From an uncultured delta proteobacterium (GTDB lineage Bacteria > Desulfobacterota > Binatia > Binatales > Binataceae), in the NCBI GenBank assembly GCA_963765675.1, contig CAVXXK010000001.1:1120001-1184000 (forward strand): DNA of 64,000 bases, given 5' to 3'. Both the position numbers and the translations under genes were made by a program. Below the pieces are notes generated by a model that had not been told where the DNA came from, did no database searches, and saw only the letters and a program-made list of their open reading frames with translations. Positions within the stretch are counted from its first letter, which is position 1; each line of letters begins with the position of its first letter. Shown one piece after another: positions 51,014 through 64,000 of this stretch.

Positions 51014-52189
51014 TTGAATCATTTAAAGATCAGCAAGCTTATAGCAGTCGCTCTCCTTGCCGGCGTAGTCAGTTTCGGTACTGCCTCCTTGGGCGACGAT
51101 CGGCCGGTCGGTTCGGCACCGGCAGTGGCTCAAGTAGGCAATGTACAAATCAGCCTCGACAAAGTTGAACAGAGTTCGGGATCGAGCCTGACTCAAGCGC
51201 GCGGCAGAGTCCTCAACGCGCAGTATCAATACTATGTCGCGCAGCATGAAGCACTGGAAAAGCTGATCGACAAGGAAGTCCTCGAGCAACAGGCTCGCAA
51301 GGAGAAGGTAACCGTCGAAGAGCTCCTCCGCCGACACATCAAGGACACCATCAAGGATCCCAGCGAAGAGACGATGAGAATCTATTACATCGCCCTTCAA
51401 ACGGATCAGCCCTACTCTGATCTACGCGGCAAGATCCGCGACCATATTCGCGACTTGGAGGAGCGCAAGTTGGTCGCCGACTACGTCAAGTCGCTTCGCG
51501 CTCAAGACAAGATCCAGATCATGCTCGAACCTCCGCGAGAGGAGGTGGCTACCGGCGCCACGCCCACGATGGGACCGGCCGCCGCTCCGGTGACGGTGGT
51601 GGAATTTGCGGACTATCAATGCCCCTATTGCCGCGGCACCGAAGCCAATGTCGACAAACTCCGCGCGCAATTCAAGGATCAGGTGCGCTACTCATACCGC
51701 GACTTCCCCCTCCCCAATCATCAGTTCGCGGAAAAGGCTGCCGAGGCGTCCAGATGCGCGGCTGATCAGGGAAAATTTTGGCAGTACCACGATCTTCTGT
51801 TCACCGGCGATGGCAGCGACCTCAACGTAGCAGGTCTCAAGGCATTAGCGAGCAAGGAAAAACTCGACACCGCCAAGTTCGACCAGTGCCTGGACTCGAA
51901 CAAGGAACAAGCCGCAGTCCAAGCGGATCTTAAACAGGGTGAATCGCTAGGCGTCTCGGGAACTCCGAGCTTCTTTGTCAATGGTTATTTCATCAGTGGC
52001 TCGGTGACCTACGACACGCTGAGAGAACTGGTAGAGCAGCAGATTGCCGACGCGCATGCTGCGTCCGGTTCCACGATTGGAGAGCGATCCGGCACCGCGC
52101 ACTCGGCCAACAGCGCCGACTGTAATACGGCTCGCTCGGCCTCTATGGATCGCGCCGCGAGCGGGAAAATCTGCAGATTTCCTGGATAA
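51014..52189 (+). CDS. DsbA-family thioredoxin-fold protein with SurA-like N-terminal region
   Basis: VVEFADYQCPYC, RDFPL, KFWQYHD, GVSGTPSFFVNG; TTG start after AGGAG. Confidence 0.88.
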   Translation: MNHLKISKLIAVALLAGVVSFGTASLGDDRPVGSAPAVAQVGNVQISLDKVEQSSGSSLTQARGRVLNAQYQYYVAQHEALEKLIDKEVLEQQARKEKVTVEELLRRHIKDTIKDPSEETMRIYYIALQTDQPYSDLRGKIRDHIRDLEERKLVADYVKSLRAQDKIQIMLEPPREEVATGATPTMGPAAAPVTVVEFADYQCPYCRGTEANVDKLRAQFKDQVRYSYRDFPLPNHQFAEKAAEASRCAADQGKFWQYHDLLFTGDGSDLNVAGLKALASKEKLDTAKFDQCLDSNKEQAAVQADLKQGESLGVSGTPSFFVNGYFISGSVTYDTLRELVEQQIADAHAASGSTIGERSGTAHSANSADCNTARSASMDRAASGKICRFPG

Positions 52190-52540
52190 GCAGTCGCGCG
52201 GAAAGCTATCGGATCAGCGGTTGAAAACATGGTCTCGAAGGCAGCAATAGATGCGAGCGCAAACCACTGGTGGGTTTATTTGAAGCTGCATGGACTAGCC
52301 TCACGCAGCCGACTTGGCGCGTGCGTGTATGCGGGGGCTGAGAGCGCACACGACTCTCATGCTGCCGCGGAATCGAGCTTCGCTAGCTTGTCCGGCCCTT
52401 CGACTCTCCTCGGCTCGATAACCGATTGAGATGAACAACTCGAGTGACAAGGCCTCGCGCGCGAGGCACGGCAGGACTCGCTCATCAGCATGGATTCGCA
52501 TAGGCACGATATCGCTGTCACAAAAAGGTCGAATCAATTT

Positions 52541-55500
52541 ATGAAGAAGTTAGCCAGACAAAAATCGTCTCTGTATGTCACCGGCTTGCTCGCCATAATT
52601 GGCGCCCTAATCCTGCTGCTTTCTTCGGGCTCGCATGTAATGACAGCGGAGGCATGGATGCACGCGCGGCAGTCGAATAAGACGACTACGCCGCAGGAGC
52701 GGCAGGCGGCACGCGAGGAGTACTGGGCGAGCCGGCACGGATTGCAGTACGGGTTTCCCAAGCACGCGCTTAGCGAGGCGGTATCGCAGATGCGCGCGAT
52801 GGAAAGCGCGCGGCAGAGCAAGCAAGCGGGGTCGTTGTCGCAAGTGGTGGGGACGCCAGATGTATCGGAGTTGACCTGGAACTTCATCGGTCCGCAGCCG
52901 ATTACCGAGAAGTCCAACTTTACCGGCAAGGTGTTCGGCAGTGACTTTGCCGCCACCGGGCGGATAACTTCGGTGGCCGCAGACGCCAACGGAGTGATAG
53001 TGGCGGGGGCGGCGTCGGGAGGGGTGTGGCTGAGCACCAACAATGGGACGACATTTGCACAGATCTTCAATAGCGAACCAACCCAGGCGGTGGGCGCGAT
53101 TGCGCTGGACACCACCACCACGCCGAGCACGATCTATGTGGCCACCGGCGAGGGCAACGGCTCATTGGACTCGCTATACGGGCAGGGCGTCTTCAAGTCG
53201 TCGGATCTGGGAGAGAGTTGGACGTCGCTGGGGTCGAGCGGCCAGTTCGATCACGCCTCGTTCACCAGTCTTGCGATCGACACCACCACCACGCCTGGGA
53301 CTCCGCGCCTGTTCGCGGGAGCGACCAATGGGCTGAGCGCGAGCGAAGCCGATGCGGCGATCTTTGAAACCGAAACCGGCGACACCGGCCTATGGTTCTC
53401 CGGCAACGGCGGCACCACCTGGACGCAGTACCCCGCGTCCACATTCGGCAACTGTGAAATCATAGGCGGCGTCAACTCTCCGTGTCCCGCCGACGACGTG
53501 AAAATTGATCCCAGCAATCCGCAGAATGTCTACGTCGCGATCGATTCCAACGATGTCTACTATTCGCATGACGGTGGCCAGACCTTCACGGCCGCATCAT
53601 TCCCCGGCGGCAGCATCGCGCAAGGACGCCAAAGTCTGGCAGTTGGTTCCCCGAAGAGTGCCGGGCTGCCGGGCGTGGTTTACGCGATGATCGGAGCCGA
53701 AAATGGCTCCAGTTATACAAACCTGTTCGTTTCGTTCGACGGAGGCGTTACGTGGAATCCGACCACCGGTCCGAACGCCATCCTGACACCGACGGTTCCG
53801 TCCTTCACCCAAAATGGCTTGGTGCTAGACGGCACCGGCGTGGGTAATGTCTCACAGTCGTATTTCGACCAGGCGATGCTGGTCTCACCCAGCAATTCCA
53901 AAGTCGTATATTTTGGGGGCGTTGGCCTATACGAGTCGACCAACTGGGGCAACCAATGGAGCTTCCTGCCGTCCAACGGAGGTCTACATCCTGGTCAGCA
54001 CGCGCTGGTCTTTGATCCATCGACCGGCCAGATCCTGGTTGCGAACGACGGCGGCTTGTACAGCTTCAATCCCGCGACGCCGAATACCTTTACTTCCCTG
54101 AACGCAAGCATCAGCGCGAGCCAGATCCAGGGGATCGGCGTGCATCCGACCAACAGCAATGTGATGATCGCCGGACTGCAGGACAACGGCACCCAGCTTT
54201 ACAGTGGTGAAGTCGGGACCTGGTCTGGCGCCGACAGCGAGAGCGGCGATGGCGGGTTCGCGCTGATCGATCCGAACGATCCCACCCACGTCTATCACGA
54301 CTTCTCGATCGCCGAACTGAGTGGTGCGCTGATCTCGGAATCGATCAATAGCGGCTCGACCTGGTGCAGCGCGACGGTGACTGGGCCGAACCCGTGCAAC
54401 GCCCCTGATGCCTGGACTCCTAACCTCAAAGCGGCCATGTCCGCAGCGGATGACCCGGGTCCTGCGTTCTATCCACCGATGGCGGTCGATCCAAAAACCG
54501 CCTACCGTGTGCTGTTCGGCGCTCATGCAGTCTACGTCTCGACCAATGGAATGCAGACCTGGACCTTGCAGAGCAATCAGGACCTGACCAGCGACGGGAT
54601 CGACGGTGCTGACGTCTGCACTGATGCGACCTGTTCGCTCGAGGATATCGAGTTCGCGCCGTCGGACCACACCAAAGCGTGGGCGGTGGCGATGAGCAAT
54701 CTCTCCGGCTCGGTCGCCTTTGCGGTCAGCAACACCACCCAGGCGAACATCTTTGTGAACGGGAGTAACCCGAACGGCGGACTGTGGACCGACGTCACCG
54801 ATGCGATCAACAGTGTGTTTCCAGTGGTAAATACGCAGGCCACTGGCATCGCAGTCGATCCGAACAATTCCAATGTCGCATACCTGAGCCTCTCCGGGTT
54901 CCACGCTGACACCGAAGTCGGACATATCTACAAGACGATCAACTTTGGCAAATCCTGGACCGAAGCCGACGGCTCGACGGCCAACGGCAACACTCCCGGT
55001 TCATCGCCTTTGCCTGACGTGCCGGTGCTGAAGATCCTTGTTGATTCGACCGATACCAGCGGAAGTTGCGGTGGCTCGCCGTGCAGCAACAGCATCTACG
55101 CGGGAACCGACATCGGGGTGTTCCACAGCGCGGACGGGGGCAACACCTGGCAACCGTACAATCTGAATGTGATTCCCGCGGTACCGGTGTATGACATGGC
55201 CCAGAACACTCCGGGCAACATCTTCGTCGGAACCCACGGACGCGGGGTCTATCAGCTCGCGCCGGTAACCAGTGCCACCCCGACCCCGACTCCAAGCACC
55301 AGCCCGACCCCGACCGCCACTGCGACGTCAACCGCTGGCGGCAGCCCGACTCCGAGCGCGACCGCGACTCCAACCGGCACTCCGTCGCCAACCCAGACCG
55401 CTACCCAGACCCCCACTCCGATGCCGACTCCTACCCCGGTGGTCGAAAAGCTCACGATTTCGCCTAAGACGCTGAGCTTCGGCAAAGTCCGAGATGGCGC

Positions 55501-55783
55501 GAGCAAGTCTAAGCTCGTCACCATCAAGAACGCGGGCTCGAAGAAGAGCGGCAACACGGTGCAAATTGGAACGCCGACAATTTCGGGTTCCGGAGCGGCG
55601 GATTTTTCGGTGACGAGCGGCTGCCAGGTCCCGCTCGCGCCACAAAAGAGCTGTAAGCTTTCGATCACATTCAGCCCTGGGCAGGCCACGAGCACGGAGG
55701 ACGCCACGCTCGGGGTCCTAGACAACGTAGCGGGACCGGAAGTGATGATTCCGATGACGGGGAGCGGTAAGGCCCCGAAATGA
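52541..55783 (+). CDS. Secreted BNR/Asp-box beta-propeller (VPS10/glycosyl hydrolase-like) protein with PT linker and Ig-like C-terminal domain
   Basis: Repeated S.DGG.TW, GRITSVA, YVATGE, NDGGLY, GTHGRG. Confidence 0.85.
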   Translation: MKKLARQKSSLYVTGLLAIIGALILLLSSGSHVMTAEAWMHARQSNKTTTPQERQAAREEYWASRHGLQYGFPKHALSEAVSQMRAMESARQSKQAGSLSQVVGTPDVSELTWNFIGPQPITEKSNFTGKVFGSDFAATGRITSVAADANGVIVAGAASGGVWLSTNNGTTFAQIFNSEPTQAVGAIALDTTTTPSTIYVATGEGNGSLDSLYGQGVFKSSDLGESWTSLGSSGQFDHASFTSLAIDTTTTPGTPRLFAGATNGLSASEADAAIFETETGDTGLWFSGNGGTTWTQYPASTFGNCEIIGGVNSPCPADDVKIDPSNPQNVYVAIDSNDVYYSHDGGQTFTAASFPGGSIAQGRQSLAVGSPKSAGLPGVVYAMIGAENGSSYTNLFVSFDGGVTWNPTTGPNAILTPTVPSFTQNGLVLDGTGVGNVSQSYFDQAMLVSPSNSKVVYFGGVGLYESTNWGNQWSFLPSNGGLHPGQHALVFDPSTGQILVANDGGLYSFNPATPNTFTSLNASISASQIQGIGVHPTNSNVMIAGLQDNGTQLYSGEVGTWSGADSESGDGGFALIDPNDPTHVYHDFSIAELSGALISESINSGSTWCSATVTGPNPCNAPDAWTPNLKAAMSAADDPGPAFYPPMAVDPKTAYRVLFGAHAVYVSTNGMQTWTLQSNQDLTSDGIDGADVCTDATCSLEDIEFAPSDHTKAWAVAMSNLSGSVAFAVSNTTQANIFVNGSNPNGGLWTDVTDAINSVFPVVNTQATGIAVDPNNSNVAYLSLSGFHADTEVGHIYKTINFGKSWTEADGSTANGNTPGSSPLPDVPVLKILVDSTDTSGSCGGSPCSNSIYAGTDIGVFHSADGGNTWQPYNLNVIPAVPVYDMAQNTPGNIFVGTHGRGVYQLAPVTSATPTPTPSTSPTPTATATSTAGGSPTPSATATPTGTPSPTQTATQTPTPMPTPTPVVEKLTISPKTLSFGKVRDGASKSKLVTIKNAGSKKSGNTVQIGTPTISGSGAADFSVTSGCQVPLAPQKSCKLSITFSPGQATSTEDATLGVLDNVAGPEVMIPMTGSGKAPK

Positions 55784-55805
55784 CAGGGAGGAAGCTGTCA
55801 TTAGA

Positions 55806-55848
55806 ACTCCGCGGGGGCAAGATTGGCGCCCCTTGCCTCCCGCGGAGT
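55806..55848. terminator. Hairpin between convergent genes
   Basis: ACTCCGCGGGGGCAAG...CTTGCCTCCCGCGGAGT. Confidence 0.55.
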
Positions 55849-55907
55849 GTCAGAGCTTCGGAAAGAAGACTTAGGAAAGCGGCGAGACATCGGCCGGCAC
55901 GTGGGCC

Positions 55908-58119
55908 TCAACTCCCATTGAGGACGGCCGTTGCCTTGTTCAGCCGATCGCTATACGCGTTGAGCGCCTCGGCAGTGAGCTCGACGTATCTGTTGGCGTC
56001 GGTCCAGCGTCGGTCTTCGATCGCCTCGCGAATACCGGGTAAGGTCTTGGCTCCGTAGCCGGTGAAGCGACCGGGTGCGTAAACGAGATTCTTGTACCAG
56101 CTCCTACCGGGCAGCCCCACCTCGGGCGCGAGAGTCTGGTCGATGTTCAACATCAACACCTGCAGGCGCGCAATCTGACCGGCGGACAGGCTTGAAGCGT
56201 TTTTCGCGAGCGCGTCGTCGTAAGCCTTGGCGGCGCGCTTCAGACGACTTACGGAGTTCTCGAGCGCCGCGAACTCCAGGTGCGGGACACGATCCAGCGC
56301 CGTGGGCAGCCCGCTCGACTTGGTGGGATCGGACGCCAGCTGGAATGCTCGGTCGCGTAGCAGCTTGGCTTGCGTGTCAGCCTCCTCCCGTTCGTCGACC
56401 GAGAGTTTCTTCACCTGATCGAGATAGTCCGAGACCGCGTTGGCGAAATCGCTCGCGTTCTGGACGGGAACCTCGGAATCGGCGACGCGCAGTACTATCC
56501 GTCCCGACCGTCTTTGCCAGCATCGCGTCATATACGAAACCCGGATCGACGAAGCGGCTGTGATGCTCGAAAGTGTCGTAACGAGAGTGGTAGACGCCAT
56601 TGGAATGGCCCTCTTCGCCGAAAGCAACATCCAGCGCAGGCACACCCAGGTGATCAAGAAAGGCTGAAAAGTCGGAACCCGAACCCAGTGCCCCGATAGG
56701 GAAGTCCTTGTCCGGATCGGCTGCGATCTTCGCCTCGTTCTTGACTTGCTCCGTGGCGCTCGGTGCGAGCGCAGCGATTCGCATCTTGGCGCGCAGCCGC
56801 TGGCCGATGGAAACGCCGGTTTCAGGATCGACTACATCGGCGGCGACTTCGTTCACCAGGTGCTGGAAGTCGGGGCTGCCCCCTACCTCCAGAAAGCCTC
56901 GTTCGTTGGAGTCGGAGTTTATATAGAGGACGACTTTCTTTTTCAGTTCAGTCGCGTGCTGCTCCGCCCATTCGGTCGAGCCCAAGAGCATGGGCTCCTC
57001 GGCGTCCCAACTCGTATAGACGATCGTACGCTTGGGCCGCCAACCCTGCTTGGCGAGGCGGCCGAACGCCTTGGCTTCGGCCAGCAGCGCGACTTGACCC
57101 GACAGTGGGTCGGTGGCGCCGAACACCCAACCGTCGTGATGATTGCCACGGACCACCCACTGGTCCGGCCAGGTCGCGCCCTTCATGGTCGCGATAACGT
57201 CATAGATTGGCCGGATCTGCCAATCGGACCTCACCGCCAGATGGACTAGCGCAGGCCCTGGTCCAACGCGATAGGTGATTGGCAGCGCGCCACGCCAGGC
57301 GGGAGGAGCGACAGGACCTGCCAGCGCCGCGAGGAAAACCTGAGCGTCGGCGTATGAGATGGGCAGCGTGGGAATCTTCAAGATGGTCGGCGCGTCGGAA
57401 ATCTTCAGCCGCTTGGCGTCCTTCGTCGCACCGACCCCAGGCGTTAACGGATCGCCGGGATAGAGCCCCACGTCGAGCACGGAGCCGCGTTGTATACCAC
57501 GAGGCGGCCGCATTGGACCGTTGGGATAAGTCTCGTCGATGGAATAACCGTCTTGGGCAGGGTCGGAGTATATGATGCAGCCTATCGCGCCGTGATCCTG
57601 CGCGAGCTTGGGCTTCAGCCCGCGCCATCCAGAGCCGTAGCGCGCGATGACGATCTTGCCCTTTACGCTAACGCCGAGACGCTGGAGCGTCTTGTAGTCG
57701 TCCAGCATCCCATAGTTAACATAGACCAGGCCGGCGGTGACGTCGCCATCATGCTGGTAATCGACGTAGGCTGGAAGCGCGGGATCGGTCGCGGTCGCAC
57801 TGGAATCGCCAGGGATCGGTGGCTCTTGCAGCGTGGCTTTGAACGTACGCGGACCGACCAGCTCCAAGGTCTCGCTTATAGGCTTGGGGTAGAGCACCCA
57901 GAAAGTTTCAATGTGCGCATCCCAGCCCCAACTCTTGAACCAGGCAAGGATTTGATAGGCGTTGGCTTTGTCGTGCGGCGAGGAGACGTGGTTCGGCTGC
58001 GCGGCAAGTAGCTTCATCCAGTCGCGCAGATCGTCCGGGCGAATTAGCGCGTCAAAGTTATGTTCGAGCGTGGCCTCATTTGACGATGTCGAGGTTGGTG
58101 CGGCGAGGGCCACGCTCAT
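55908..58119 (-). CDS. M28 peptidase (glutamate carboxypeptidase II-like, PA and TfR dimer domains), frameshift near 56500; start approximate
   Basis: GNHHDGWVFGATDP, WDAEE, GSGSDF, YHSRYD; C-terminal GLPGRSWYKNLVYAPG. Confidence 0.88.
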
Positions 58120-58206
58120 CCAAAGAAAGCCCGCCGTCGCGAGCGAGATGATCAGCTTCGATCTAATTTTTAGTTCCCGGCTTGTCTAATTCTCAGGGAG
58201 ACCAAC

Positions 58207-58425
58207 CTAGGCGCGTTTCTTTTTTTTCTCCGCCCAGCGTTTTTTCATCGCCTCCGACAGTCGCTTCCTGCCTGCCGGAGTGATCCCGCTGCGCTTTGGG
58301 CGACCGATGCGTTTGCTTGGGGTCGCGCCGGCTGCGGTCGCTCCGACAGCGGCGAGGGCGCTAATCGCGCGATCGATCCGGTCACGTTCGCTCTTTAACT
58401 CTGCAAGGATTCTCACAAGATCCAA
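58207..58425 (-). CDS. Small basic hypothetical protein
   Basis: GGAGAG RBS, coiled-coil N-terminus, GRKRLSEAMKKRWA tail. Confidence 0.65.
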   Translation of the reverse strand: MDLVRILAELKSERDRIDRAISALAAVGATAAGATPSKRIGRPKRSGITPAGRKRLSEAMKKRWAEKKKKRA

Positions 58426-58750
58426 TGTTGCTCTCCTTATAGTACCGCTTATACAGCGCGCCCTTGGTGCCGCTTGCGCCCCGGAACCGCGCCTAACATT
58501 TCATCTATGGTGAGGGCTTGCAATCCTTCATGGCCTTAAGGACGGTCTGATTCGCGACACAAGAGTGCAACCCAGGCACGAAGCGAATCGAGTCTCTGAG
58601 GCATGATTGGTGGGCTGCTTGCGGTCATTTGGTTCTTTTTGAACGAAATCGAGTAAGCTCGATTATGTCCGCTATCGCGATTCCAACGCGGCCTCAGTGA
58701 GAAATAATCGCTTGTCTCGGTAATGCGGCGAGTGATGAAGTGAGCCTCTC

Positions 58751-59113
58751 ATGTTGACTTGGGACAAGACCGCCGTTCTCAAAGATACGCGAGCATTCAT
58801 CGAGCACCTCCAGAGGTTGGAGGCGGAGGGTTGTCGATGGCTGGTTGTTCCGCTCGCAGAGGATGAATCTTCAGGATTGTTCAGGTGCAGTAAGTGCGAG
58901 ACGGTCGCTCCGGACGCGGCACCCCTTTATTCACTAGCGACGCACATCGCGTTTGAACAGGAAGTGCTGCGCGCTATCGAGGCGAGTAACTCGCACACCG
59001 AATACGAGAGCCGCGTTTCCCGCATCGTCGAAGAAGAACCCACTCCTATGGTATGCGGAACCTGTTGCCCCCGCGCCAGGCCCCACCGTCACGACCTGAA
59101 CCATGCCTTCTAG
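58751..59113 (+). CDS. Hypothetical protein with CxxC motifs
   Basis: CSKC ... CGTC. Confidence 0.5.
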   Translation: MLTWDKTAVLKDTRAFIEHLQRLEAEGCRWLVVPLAEDESSGLFRCSKCETVAPDAAPLYSLATHIAFEQEVLRAIEASNSHTEYESRVSRIVEEEPTPMVCGTCCPRARPHRHDLNHAF

Positions 59114-59396
59114 TGTTTCGAGTCGTTTCAAGCTCAAGGGCCGCAATCTCCCTCCAACACTGCGAAGACAGAGAGAGCAATGGAGTGGACGGCGGCCAAA
59201 ATTGCGTTGCGCGTTTGCCTGAGACCCGAAGATTGACAATCTTACATGATGTGCTGTAGGCGTTAGTTGTTAGTCGCAGGCGAGGGCAGGTACCGGCTGA
59301 ACCTGCATATTATCTAACCTGTCAGCCGTCATATGTTTTTTCCCCCGGCGTGGTTCTCGGTCGTGCTCTGTGTCGTTGGTCAGACAGGAGTGGCTT

Positions 59397-62205
<2,809 letters not shown>

Positions 62206-62332
62206 GGCTCAACGGACAAGTGAGTTAGTCTTCGATTGGAGGTCGAAGACTCCGAGTATTTTCCGAGAGGAGAGAGCCGCCCTAGAACGGCTCCTGACCT
62301 GGCTCTATGATGGCGGCGTTGCACAGTCGTAT

Positions 62333-63529
62333 ATGAGCGAGCTTGACGATATCAAAGTCTACGGTGAGACCGACGTGGGCTGGTGTGCGCTAACTTTGCC
62401 CAACGAGACAGTGGACGATATGGGCCATCCGTTCGTACGAGAGAAAGGTTTCAGTGCGGCGGATCCCAGGGCTCCAAAGCGTCGGGTTTACGAGGATCCA
62501 GAGGTTTGCACTTTGCGCGAGCATCTGCGCACGCGTAATGGAATTCCGGGCGTTGAAATTCTTGAACCGCACGAGATCGAGAGGGCGGCGCAGATTTTTT
62601 TTCGTGACGGTTTCGTGGTGGTGAGAGACGCCTTGAATACCGGCGAGCTCGAACGTTTCCGCTCCGCGAGCGCCATGGTGCTGAAACAGATTCTGCAGAT
62701 TCCAGGTGTTGGTGGGCGCAAGTACTTAACCGAGTCATACCGGCTGCCTCACCGCTATAGCTATGGAACCGCGTCCGTATCGCGACACTTGCTGCATGAT
62801 CCGGTGTGGGCATCGATGATTGATCTGCCAACCACGACTCCGATTCTCACCCGGATCTTTGGCGGATCTGACTACCGAGTCCTCGGCGCTGGGGGCGATC
62901 TGTGCCTGCCAGGTGCTATCGAGTATCAGGCGCTGCACTCGGATGGAGACCGGGAGCATTTCCAGATGCCGCCCGCGCGCGTCGAGCAGGCCCGGCGACT
63001 TGGTATTGAAGTGCTTACCGACACCACCGCGGCAGGGCAGGATGTTCGAATCCTCCAGCGGATCATAGAGCGGACGCCGCCGGTCGTGACGATTAACTTT
63101 CTGATGACTGAAATGACGTGGGAGAACGGGCCTATCCGCCAGATTCCCGGAACGCAGGGGCGGCCAGGCCATCCGCCGTCTCCAGCCAACGAGCCAGACT
63201 GGATGCGGCTCTCCACGCTGGTCGGCGCGCCGGCGGGTGCGGCGATCTTCCGCGATACGCGAGCGTGGCATGGCGGGACGCCCAATCTGAGCCGCGAAAT
63301 ACGGGCGATGCCCAACGTCGAGTACACGGCACCTTGGTACGAAGACCCGAACTTCCAACCTGCGATGCCATACGAAATCTGGGCTGCTCTATCGTCGCAT
63401 GCGCAGCGAATTTCGTTGCTCAGCCGATTCCCACCAGGAGTATGGCCGGTGGGTGCGGGAGTGATGCATCCGCTGGCGAGTGAACGGCGCGCGGCGAGAA
63501 CGTCGAGCGGCCCGGTCCGACGCGAATGA
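62333..63529 (+). CDS. Phytanoyl-CoA dioxygenase (PhyH)-family Fe(II)/2OG enzyme
   Basis: FFRDGFVVV, LHSD, NGPIRQIPGT, RAWHGGTPN. Confidence 0.82.
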   Translation: MSELDDIKVYGETDVGWCALTLPNETVDDMGHPFVREKGFSAADPRAPKRRVYEDPEVCTLREHLRTRNGIPGVEILEPHEIERAAQIFFRDGFVVVRDALNTGELERFRSASAMVLKQILQIPGVGGRKYLTESYRLPHRYSYGTASVSRHLLHDPVWASMIDLPTTTPILTRIFGGSDYRVLGAGGDLCLPGAIEYQALHSDGDREHFQMPPARVEQARRLGIEVLTDTTAAGQDVRILQRIIERTPPVVTINFLMTEMTWENGPIRQIPGTQGRPGHPPSPANEPDWMRLSTLVGAPAGAAIFRDTRAWHGGTPNLSREIRAMPNVEYTAPWYEDPNFQPAMPYEIWAALSSHAQRISLLSRFPPGVWPVGAGVMHPLASERRAARTSSGPVRRE

Positions 63530-63622
63530 CGAAAGGGAAGTCGAGTTCATTGCCGCCGCGCCAGTCGCACGCAGATTCGACCCGCGCGCCCGGTAACAAT
63601 CGACAGAGGAGGAGCAAGAACC

Positions 63623-64000
63623 GTGAAGATCGGAATCATGATCGCGGCTACCGCCGAATCCGGCGACATCGCGGAGATCGCGCGCGAGGTTGAAAATCTC
63701 GGTTACGAATCGTTCTTCATTCCGGAGCACCCGGTCATTCCGATCGACTTCAAGACGCCGCTGCCCGGCGGCGGAGGCGGCACGCTCCCAGAGCATTACG
63801 GGCGATGGCTCGATCCGTTCGTCGCACTCGGCGTTGCGGCCGCCGTCACGAAGCGCGTCAAGCTCGGCACCGGAATTTGCCTGCTCCCGGAGCGCGAACC
63901 GATAGTCACTGCGAAGACGATCGCCACGCTCGATGTGATCTCCGGCGGACGCGTCATCCTGGGTGTCGGTGCGGGATGGCTTCGCGAGGAGACGGAGGCG
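63623..64000 (+). CDS. LLM-class (F420-dependent) oxidoreductase, 3'-truncated
   Basis: GTG start after GGAGGAG; ESFFIPEH, DPFVAL, KLGTGI, AKTIATLDVISGGRVILGVGAGW. Confidence 0.9.
   Translation, partial: MKIGIMIAATAESGDIAEIAREVENLGYESFFIPEHPVIPIDFKTPLPGGGGGTLPEHYGRWLDPFVALGVAAAVTKRVKLGTGICLLPEREPIVTAKTIATLDVISGGRVILGVGAGWLREETEA

Overview
GC-rich bacterial chromosome segment; the gene content resembles Candidatus Binatota-like soil bacteria (inference only). 1-3.5 kb is housekeeping (ybjQ-like, queE, larC, dksA, galU), ending in tRNA-Ala(CGC) at 3475-3550. This tRNA is an integration hotspot. (i) A ~24 kb integrative mobilisable element (3525-27718) carries a tyrosine integrase whose reading frame crosses the att core, xis, an XRE/ImmA-type pair, two PIN toxin-antitoxin modules, a MOB-F relaxase, a coupling protein, orphan trbC and DUF2274, and a type I-G CRISPR-Cas system (41 repeats, 40 spacers). 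(ii) Two further cargo cassettes follow, bounded by tRNA-3'-end copies and conserved ~120-160 bp ends. The rest is a cluster of secreted/surface proteins with PT linkers and shared C-terminal Ig-like domains, three tandem Cys-rich paralogs plus a DsbA-like protein, an M28 peptidase, fur-katG, a PhyH-like dioxygenase and an LLM oxidoreductase. The top unannotated signals are: a single-spacer CRISPR-like RNA gene (~20775-20894) with its own promoter and terminator, whose spacer matches a TTC-PAM site at the cas effector promoter (CreR/CreA-like autoregulation in type I-G); an ~85-nt anti-Shine-Dalgarno sRNA (48035-48120) complementary to the leader of the Cys-rich gene triplet; and the tRNA-anchored cassette array. 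Many single-base frameshifts suggest assembly indels.
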